From NCBI GenBank assembly GCA_041482775.1, contig JBGPEJ010000002.1, positions 1 to 39,391 of the forward strand: a DNA stretch of 39,391 nucleotides, given 5' to 3'. A model generated the notes under the pieces. It did no database searches. It was not told where the DNA came from and worked only from the letters and a program-made list of their open reading frames with translations. This DNA comes from Gemmatimonadota bacterium. Lineage in GTDB: Bacteria; Gemmatimonadota; Gemmatimonadetes; Gemmatimonadales; GWC2-71-9. How positions within the stretch are numbered: the first letter of the stretch is position 1; the number at the start of each line of letters is the position of its first letter. A program made the translations under genes and the position numbers. This document shows positions 1 to 6,588 of the stretch, in pieces.

Positions 1-85
1 CGAGTTGAAGGAACAGGTCGTGGGCCGCGTGGGCGGAGGTAAGCCCGGCGACGAGGGCGGCAGCCAGTAGTACTCGGAATCGCAT
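1..85 (-). CDS. 5' end of a gene for a secreted protein that runs off the left edge (only the signal peptide is visible)
   Basis: Reverse complement of 1..85 reads ATG CGA TTC CGA GTA CTA CTG GCT GCC GCC..., giving MRFRVLLAAALVAGLTSAHA/AHDLFLQL. This is a typical Sec signal peptide with an AHA cleavage motif. It is too short to name a family. Confidence 0.4.
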   Translation of the reverse strand, partial: MRFRVLLAAALVAGLTSAHAAHDLFLQL

Positions 86-115
86 GCGTCTCGCTCGGAA
101 AGGGATCGAGGCGGT

Positions 116-123
116 ATTATAAT
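116..123. promoter_or_regulatory. Palindromic ATTATAAT box in the 69-bp divergent intergenic region; candidate shared -10 element for both flanking genes
   Basis: ATTATAAT is its own reverse complement, so TATAAT is present on both strands (plus 118..123, minus 121..116). It lies 32 to 35 nt from each start codon (ATG 155 plus, ATG 85 minus). No good -35 element is seen on either side. Confidence 0.35.
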
Positions 124-154
124 CCCGAGGTCCGCCGCTTACCTGGATTGAACC

Positions 155-1621
155 ATGCTCACATCACCGCGCGTCTCATTTCGCACCGCATTGCTGGTGC
201 TGGCGGTGCTGTCACCGCTGGGGGCCTGCCGCCGATCGCTTCCCACCGCCGACGTGGGCTTCGTGGCGCGTTGGACCGCCACCCACTACGCGCTTGCCCG
301 GGCCGAACGGCTGAGTCCGCCGGTCGCCTCGCGGGTGTCGGCGTACGCGGCCATCGCGCTCTACGAAGGCTGGGCGGCGTTCTCCGACAGCCTGCGCAGT
401 CTCGCGGGGCAATTGAACGGGCTCGAATCGCTCCCAAAGCCTCGGCGGGAGGAACGGTACGACCCGGCCACCGTGGCGCTGGAAGCACAATCGACCGTGC
501 TACTCGAGATATATCGAGACGGGTTCGCGTCCACCGGGGTGGCCATTCGCGCACTCCGCGACTCGCTGGTCACCGCGCGGTCGACCCAGGGCGTTTCGGA
601 ACTGGTCCTCCGCCGATCCAAGGAGTACGGCGCGGAGCTGGGACAGGCCATTCTGGCCTGGGCGGACAAGGACAATTACGCCGCGACTCGGGGACGCCCG
701 TTCACCCTGAAGAAGGGCCCCCAATACTGGGTGCCGACCGCCACCGAGGCCGAGTACCGGTCGCAGAACATGTCCGCCGAGCGGGACCTGGTGCAGTTCG
801 ACAATCCCACGGCGGCGGCCCGGCCGGGCGAGATCGGTGACCGGTCACTCACCGTCAATCGGCCCAAACCTCTGGGGACGAGCCTGGTGCCGGGGGTGAA
901 CGTGACCAAGCCGGTGGAGCCCTATTGGGGTGAAATCCGTCCGTTCGTCCTCCCCTCGCCCGACAGCTGCTCGGCGCGGCCGCCCAACGAATTCTCCAGC
1001 GAGAAGGGATCGGCGTTCTACCGGATGGTGGACTCGGTTTACCAGAAACGGCTCCACGTGACCGACGAAGAGCGGGAGATCGCCTACTTCTGGGCCGACA
1101 ATCCCGGCGAGTCGGGGACACCGGCGGGCCACTGGCTCGGCATCATCAGCCAGTTGGCGACCCAGCGAAAGCTGTCGCCCGAACGTGCCGTCGAGGTGTA
1201 CGCCCTCGCGGCCATCGCCATGGCGGATGCCTTCATCGTCTGCTGGCGTCTCAAGTACGAGCTCAGCCTGCTCCGCCCGGTCACCTACATCCAGCGATAC
1301 ATCGACCCGAAATGGCACCCGCTGCTGCTGACGCCGCCATTCCCGGAGTTCGCTTCGGGGCACGCGATTCAGTCCCGAGCCACCGCGGACGTGCTGACCG
1401 CGTTGCTGGGCGATAGCGTGCCGTTCGTCGATGCCACCCATGTCCCGCTGGGCCACGCCCCCCGGCGGTTCACCTCGTTCCGGGCCGCCGCCTACGAGGT
1501 TGCGCTGTCCCGGTACCTGGGCGGCATCCACTACATGTCGAGCAATCTGGCCGGCGCAGAGCAGGGGCGGTGCATCGGCCGGATTCTCCTCCAGCGGGTT
1601 CACACCAGGAAGGGAGCGTGA
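155..1621 (+). CDS. PAP2 / vanadium-dependent haloperoxidase-like lipoprotein
   Basis: The 488-aa ORF has a signal peptide plus lipobox (LSPLGAC). PAP2/VHPO motifs are present: K-x6-RP (KYELSLLRP), SGH (PEFASGHA) and SR-x5-H (SRYLGGIHYMSSN). Confidence 0.8.
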   Translation: MLTSPRVSFRTALLVLAVLSPLGACRRSLPTADVGFVARWTATHYALARAERLSPPVASRVSAYAAIALYEGWAAFSDSLRSLAGQLNGLESLPKPRREERYDPATVALEAQSTVLLEIYRDGFASTGVAIRALRDSLVTARSTQGVSELVLRRSKEYGAELGQAILAWADKDNYAATRGRPFTLKKGPQYWVPTATEAEYRSQNMSAERDLVQFDNPTAAARPGEIGDRSLTVNRPKPLGTSLVPGVNVTKPVEPYWGEIRPFVLPSPDSCSARPPNEFSSEKGSAFYRMVDSVYQKRLHVTDEEREIAYFWADNPGESGTPAGHWLGIISQLATQRKLSPERAVEVYALAAIAMADAFIVCWRLKYELSLLRPVTYIQRYIDPKWHPLLLTPPFPEFASGHAIQSRATADVLTALLGDSVPFVDATHVPLGHAPRRFTSFRAAAYEVALSRYLGGIHYMSSNLAGAEQGRCIGRILLQRVHTRKGA

Positions 1622-4600
1622 GGCGAGGGGTCCGCCGGATTGTCGGGACGGTCCTTCTCGCAGGCTGCTCGCATACCTCTCCACCCGGTCCCTGGCACGA
1701 GGCGACCGGCTACCGGTGGCGCGAGCTGGGCGGAGCCGGCCGGCAAATCGACGGCTTCACCCGGCTGGACGCGAGCGTTACCGGAATCACCTTTGCCAAT
1801 CGTGTCTCCGATTCGGCCGCCTACCAGAATCGCCACCTGATGCATGGCTCCGGCGTGGCCATCGGCGACGTCAACGGGGACGGCCGTCCCGACATCTATC
1901 TCTGCCGGATCGACGGACCCAACGCCCTCTACCTCAATGACGGGAATTGGAAGTTCCACGAGGTGGCGAAGGAGGCGGGGGTGGCGCTGGGCGACCGCCC
2001 CTCCACCGGCGCGGTGTTCGCCGACGTGGACGGCGACGGCGATCTCGATCTCATCGTCACCTCGATGGGCGGGCGCAACAGCCTCTTCCTCAACGACGGC
2101 AAGGGACACTTCACCGACGCCACCGCGCAATCGGGATTCGTCCCGGAAGGGCGGGGAAGCACCACCGCCACGCTCGCCGACGTGGACGGGAATGGCACCC
2201 TCGACCTCTACGTTGCCAATTACAAGGCGCGGACCGTCCTCGACGTGCTCTCACCCCAGGAGCGGGCGTTCGACCAGGTGGTCAAGAAGACCGGCGGCAA
2301 GTTCGAGGTGATCCCGGAACGCCGGGCCGATTTCCGTTTACAGGAGCGCAAGGACCTGAATGGGGTGATTCTCGTGCAACGCGCCGACCCCGACTGGTTC
2401 TACCTGAACGACGGCAAGGGCCACTTTACCAGGGAGCCGATCGCCGGGAACCGGAGGTTCCTGGACGAAACCGGCGCACCCCTGAAGGAGGAGCCCGAGG
2501 ACTTCGGCCTCGCCGCCCGATTCTACGACGTCAACGGTGACGGCGCCCCGGATCTATACGTCGCCAACGACTTCGAGGACCCGGACCAGTTCTGGATCAA
2601 CGACGGCGCCGGGCATTTCCGCCTGATTGCGAAGCAGGCCATCCGCCGCACCGCCAACTCGAACATGGCGGTGGACTTTGCCGACATCGATCGCGACGGC
2701 CTGGTGGATTTGTTCCAGGTGGACATGCTGGCCAACGACTCCTACCGTCGCAAGACCCAGATTCCGACCCATACCGCGGTGCAGAAGGCGGTGGGCGAAT
2801 ACTCCGAGCGGGCCCAGTGGCAGCGCAACGTGCTGCTCCAGAATCGCGGGGACGGGACCTTTGCCGAGATCGCGGATTTCGCCGGCGTCGCCGCCTCGGG
2901 TTGGTCGTGGTCGGCGCTGTTCCTCGACGTCGATCTCGACGGCTACGAAGATCTGCTCATCGTCAATGTGCACACCTGGGATCTGATGGACGCCGATACC
3001 CAGGAGAAGCTCAAGAGTACCTGGACAGGGCTCGACTGGAGGCAGGAGCGGAAGTTCTATCCCAGCCTCAAGCTCAAGAATGTGGCATTCCGCAATAAGG
3101 GGGACCGGACCTTCGAGGATGCCAGCACGAAGTGGCGATGGGGAATCGAGGACGACATTTCCCACGGCATGGCCACCGGCGACCTCGACGGCGACGGCGA
3201 CCTCGACGTGGTGGTAAACCGGCTCAACGACCCGGTGGCGGTAATGCGCAATGATGCCGCCGAGCCGCGCATCGCGGTGCGGACCGCCGGCAATCCGCCC
3301 AACACCGCCGGCATCGGCGCCCGGATCGAGGTGCTGGGTGGCGCAGTGCCGGAGCAGTCCCGCGAAGTCACCGCCGGGGGGCTCTACTTGTCCGGCTCCG
3401 ATCAGGAGTACGCCTTCGCGACCGGCAGTGCCGCCGAAGTCACCATAAGGGTGCGCTGGCGGAGCGGCGCCGTTTCCCTCATCAAGGCGGCACGGCCCGG
3501 GCGCCTCTATGAAGTTCGCGAATCGGCGGCGGTCAAGACAGAACCGGTGAAAGTCGGGCCCGCACCGGTCCCGCCGTTGTTTGAAGATGCGTCAGCCATG
3601 CTGGGCGCCCGCCATGCCGAAGTCTTCTTCAACGAATTTGTGCGTCAGCCGCTGCTCAGCTTCCAGCTCAGTCAACTGAGCCCAGGGGTAAGCTGGCTGG
3701 ATCTCAATGGTGACGGCCGGGACGACCTGGTCATTCCGGACGGTGCCGGCGGAGAGTTGGCGTGGTACCGGAACGACGGCGGACGCTTTACCCGGATTCC
3801 CCTCGGGATCAAGCCGAGCGGCCTTGACTTTACCACCGCGCTGGGGCTTCCAGCTCGGGGGGGAATGGCGCTCCTGGTCGGACAATCTTCCTACCGGGCG
3901 AAGACCCAGGCGGGCGCGATGACCGTCCCGGGGGTGATCCAGGTCGAGCTCGGTGCCGGAGGTTCGCGGGCGGGGACCTCGATCGTCGTTGGGCCGGACA
4001 CCATGAGCGTCGGCCCCTTGGCGCTCGCCGATGTGGACGGAGACGGCGATCTCGATCTATTCGTCGGCGGCCGGGTGCTTCCCGGATCCTATCCGGTCCC
4101 GCCGAACTCGCACCTCTATCGCAACGCCGGTGGGCGCTTCACCCTCGATACCGCGAATGACGCAGCGTTCCGACAAGTGGGGCTGGTATCGGCCGCCGTC
4201 TTTACCGACCTCGATGGCGACGGGTGGCCGGACCTCGCACTCGCGACCGAGTGGGGGCCGGTGCGGATCTTCCACAACGATCATGGACGCTTCCGTCCGG
4301 TGACCCGGGCGTGGAGCATGGCCGGCCTCCAGGGCGGCTGGCGGGGGCTCACCGCCGGGGACTTCGATGGTGACGGACGGATGGATCTGGTCGCCACCAA
4401 TTGGGGGCGCAACACGCCGTTCCCCGCCGACTCAGCCTCACCGCTCTATCTCTACGTCGGAAACTTCGGAGCCTCGGGCGAGGTGAGCCTGCTCACCGCT
4501 CAGTACGACCCCCGCATCAAGGCCATCGCCCCCAGCACGCCGTTTTCTCGGCTGGCCTGGGCGATGCCCGATCTCCGGCGGCGGATCCCCACCTTCGCGG

Positions 4601-5316
4601 AATTCGCGGATTCACCGATCGAGAAGGTGATCGGGCCGGCGTTCGCGCGGGCGGTGCGCATCCAGCAGACCACGATGGAACAGACCGTCTTCCTCAACCG
4701 GGGTGACCATTTCGAGGCGCACCCGCTTCCGGCCGAGGCGCAGCTCGCCCCGGGTTTCGCGGCGGTGACCGCGGACTTCGACGGCGACGGCCGGGAGGAT
4801 CTCTTCCTGGGGCAGAATTTCTCGCAAACCGAGGTCGGCACCCCGCGGTTTGACGCGGGGCGCGGGCTGCTCCTGCTGGGGGACGGCAAGGGGAGCTTCG
4901 TTCCGATGTCAGGCCAGCGATCCGGCATCGTGATCTACGGGGATCAGCGGGGCGCCGCGGCCTCGGATTACGATGGCGACGGCCGGGTGGATCTGGCGGT
5001 GTCGCAGAACGGGTCCGAGGTCAAGCTCTATCACAACCTGTCGGCGAAGCCGGGACTCCGGGTGCGACTGATCGGCCGGCCCGGCAACCCACTGGCGATC
5101 GGCGCCCAGATCCGGCTCCGGTACGCCGACGGAGATGGCCCGGCACGGGAGATCCACTCCGGCTCTAACTACTGGTCGGTCGATGGGGCCGTGGCAGTGC
5201 TCGGCGCGCGGGCGCAGCCGATGGCAGTCTGGGTGCGCTGGCCGGGGGGCAAGACGACCGAAGCGCTGGTGCCGGTGGGGGTGCGGGAGGTGGTAGTCAG
5301 GGAGCCAGGGAGCTAG
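1618..5316 (+). CDS. FG-GAP/VCBS repeat lipoprotein with two ASPIC/UnbV-type modules (CRTAC1-family, duplicated architecture)
   Basis: A GTG at 1618, preceded by AGGAAGGGAG, overlaps the upstream TGA (GTGA). Lipobox: VGTVLLAGCS. There are many DxDGDG-type loops (DVNGDGRPDIY, DVDGDGDLDL, DIDRDGLVDL, GDLDGDGDLDVV, DFDGDGREDL). Two UnbV-like segments are present (GIGARIEVLGG..TAGGLYLSGSD and IGAQIRLRY..HSGSNYWSVDG). The track ORF begins at 1570, but that extension lies inside the upstream gene. Confidence 0.85.
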   Translation: MRRGVRRIVGTVLLAGCSHTSPPGPWHEATGYRWRELGGAGRQIDGFTRLDASVTGITFANRVSDSAAYQNRHLMHGSGVAIGDVNGDGRPDIYLCRIDGPNALYLNDGNWKFHEVAKEAGVALGDRPSTGAVFADVDGDGDLDLIVTSMGGRNSLFLNDGKGHFTDATAQSGFVPEGRGSTTATLADVDGNGTLDLYVANYKARTVLDVLSPQERAFDQVVKKTGGKFEVIPERRADFRLQERKDLNGVILVQRADPDWFYLNDGKGHFTREPIAGNRRFLDETGAPLKEEPEDFGLAARFYDVNGDGAPDLYVANDFEDPDQFWINDGAGHFRLIAKQAIRRTANSNMAVDFADIDRDGLVDLFQVDMLANDSYRRKTQIPTHTAVQKAVGEYSERAQWQRNVLLQNRGDGTFAEIADFAGVAASGWSWSALFLDVDLDGYEDLLIVNVHTWDLMDADTQEKLKSTWTGLDWRQERKFYPSLKLKNVAFRNKGDRTFEDASTKWRWGIEDDISHGMATGDLDGDGDLDVVVNRLNDPVAVMRNDAAEPRIAVRTAGNPPNTAGIGARIEVLGGAVPEQSREVTAGGLYLSGSDQEYAFATGSAAEVTIRVRWRSGAVSLIKAARPGRLYEVRESAAVKTEPVKVGPAPVPPLFEDASAMLGARHAEVFFNEFVRQPLLSFQLSQLSPGVSWLDLNGDGRDDLVIPDGAGGELAWYRNDGGRFTRIPLGIKPSGLDFTTALGLPARGGMALLVGQSSYRAKTQAGAMTVPGVIQVELGAGGSRAGTSIVVGPDTMSVGPLALADVDGDGDLDLFVGGRVLPGSYPVPPNSHLYRNAGGRFTLDTANDAAFRQVGLVSAAVFTDLDGDGWPDLALATEWGPVRIFHNDHGRFRPVTRAWSMAGLQGGWRGLTAGDFDGDGRMDLVATNWGRNTPFPADSASPLYLYVGNFGASGEVSLLTAQYDPRIKAIAPSTPFSRLAWAMPDLRRRIPTFAEFADSPIEKVIGPAFARAVRIQQTTMEQTVFLNRGDHFEAHPLPAEAQLAPGFAAVTADFDGDGREDLFLGQNFSQTEVGTPRFDAGRGLLLLGDGKGSFVPMSGQRSGIVIYGDQRGAAASDYDGDGRVDLAVSQNGSEVKLYHNLSAKPGLRVRLIGRPGNPLAIGAQIRLRYADGDGPAREIHSGSNYWSVDGAVAVLGARAQPMAVWVRWPGGKTTEALVPVGVREVVVREPGS

Positions 5317-5346
5317 GGAGTCAACCAGCTGGCTCCCTGACTCCCT
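5297..5346. terminator. Hairpin between convergent genes, built from CAGGGAG-type 8-nt units
   Basis: tCAGGGAG cCAGGGAG cTAGGGAG tca..., followed by the inverted copy CTGGCTCCCTGACTCCCTG. CAGGGAGCCAG (5298..5308) pairs with CTGGCTCCCTG (5328..5338). It spans the stop of the FG-GAP gene (5314..5316) and ends 5 nt before the stop of the minus-strand gene. There is no U-tract. Confidence 0.45.
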
Positions 5347-5350
5347 GCCG

Positions 5351-6097
5351 TCAAGGTGCCGCCCTCGTCCAGATGGCGATTACGCCGCACATGGCCCCGG
5401 CGCCGGTGAACTCGGCGGGCATTTCCGCCGCGCCGCGATAGACCTCGATACCCTGCACGTCGTTGATGGCCGTGGTCTCGGCAAAGCTCCGCGCCAGCCG
5501 GCCGTCAACATAGAAGGCGGGGAAGCAGCCCGCGGTGGCCCGGACCATGTGAATGGTGCACTCCACCACGCCGCAGTCGACTTTGACGCCTCGGATGGTG
5601 CGAAGGGCGTCGCCCATGTTCATGTAGCCGCGCGCCTTGATCTCGTCCCGCGTGATGTAGGCGCCCATCCCGCTCGCCCGACGCTTCTCGAACTCCGCGA
5701 AGCGGGAGAGCAGCTTCGAGTTACGCGCCTCGACTGCGAGCTCGGGGAGCTTGTCGCCGGTGAAGACCATGGCAAACTGCCGCTCGAGGACCCGCCCTTC
5801 AACCAGGGTCACCTCGAGGACGTGGGGCCGGTAGCCGATCGCCCGGATCTCGACCCGGTGACGACCGGGCGAGAGGTTCGATACGACGAACCGGCCCTGG
5901 CTCGAGATCGCCACCTCCCGGCGGACCGAATCGATCAGGATGAGGGCGTCGACCATCGACTCGTTGGTGCGCTCGTCAAAGATCCGGCCGATAATGCCGG
6001 CGACGCCGGGTTGCGCCGCAACCGGTGCCGACGTTGCCAGCCCAACCACTGCGATAACGGCGAGAACGCCGCCGAGCCGTGCGAGGGGGGGAGCCAT
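5351..6097 (-). CDS. Secreted CarboxypepD_reg-like domain plus TonB-receptor plug-like domain protein, without a beta-barrel
   Basis: Signal peptide: MAPPLARLGGVLAVIAVVGLATSAPVAAQ. The N-terminal half matches CarboxypepD_reg proteins (GRIFDERTNESMVDALI..GRFVVSNLSPGRHRVEIRAIGYRP). The C-terminal half resembles a plug (ITRDEIKARGYMNMGDALRTIRGVKV..FYVDGRL..INDVQGIEVYRGAAE..GVIAIWTR). The protein ends after 248 aa. Confidence 0.7.
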   Translation of the reverse strand: MAPPLARLGGVLAVIAVVGLATSAPVAAQPGVAGIIGRIFDERTNESMVDALILIDSVRREVAISSQGRFVVSNLSPGRHRVEIRAIGYRPHVLEVTLVEGRVLERQFAMVFTGDKLPELAVEARNSKLLSRFAEFEKRRASGMGAYITRDEIKARGYMNMGDALRTIRGVKVDCGVVECTIHMVRATAGCFPAFYVDGRLARSFAETTAINDVQGIEVYRGAAEMPAEFTGAGAMCGVIAIWTRAAP

Positions 6098-6326
6098 GGG
6101 TCCTCGATTCCTGCCCCGGGTTGAAGCCGCGGAGCTGGTGAAGAGTCTAGGGAGTTCGGGCCGCCCGGGGAAGTGGCCCCCCGGCTGCCCGGGGGTGCGA
6201 ACTTGCGCAAAACTGATGCGAGCAGCAGGTTAGGGCCCAGCCTCAGACCAGAACAAGTTCAACCCCAGCTCGGCGGAATTCGTGGCGCAACCCCCGCTGA
6301 GCCGGTGGTTTTCGGTGGTAGCGAGT

Positions 6327-6375
6327 GTGTCCTTGGGACACGGGTGGCGTTTCCGGCGGTGTGTCCGACTGACAC
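6327..6375 (+). promoter_or_regulatory. Two GTGTC-N5-GACAC palindromes upstream of susC-like gene 1 (candidate operator or RNA hairpins)
   Basis: GTGTCCTTGGGACAC (6327..6341) and GTGTCCGACTGACAC (6361..6375) have centres 34 bp apart. They lie about 215 to 260 bp upstream of ATG 6589. A near-identical element is found upstream of susC-like gene 2 (14977..). Confidence 0.35.
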
Positions 6376-6588
6376 GGCAGGGACCCCAACAGCAACGTAA
6401 GCGATTGTCTGAAATGCGTATGCGCCGCAGTCCCGGGAGGCATGCTTCGTGCTTCGAGAGCGTCCGAACGAATCCATATTGAAGTTTCTGCCCTCTCCCC
6501 GGGGTTTGGCGTTTCGCCCACAATCGGTCGGTGGGTTTCAAGGCCAGCGGAGAGCATTCTGATTCACTTCCTTCACCCGAGGGATCAT

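Noticed and set aside
1570-1617. ATG at 1570 as the start of the FG-GAP protein.
   Set aside because: This start lies inside the PAP2-like gene. The GTG at 1618 has an AGGAAGGGAG ribosome-binding site, and the signal peptide and lipobox follow it immediately.
6265-6470. Possible cobalamin riboswitch upstream of the TonB-dependent receptor. GGAATTCGTGGCGCAACCCCCGCTGAGCC vaguely resembles the GGGAA..GGTG..CCCGC..ACTGT core, and CAGTCCCGGGAGGCATGC vaguely resembles the B12 box.
   Set aside because: The key conserved elements are absent: the AAUCC loop, the GCCACUG core, and the AGYCAGGAnACCUGCC B12 box. SusC/SusD-type receptors are also not typical B12 transporters. An Infernal scan with the Rfam cobalamin model would settle it.
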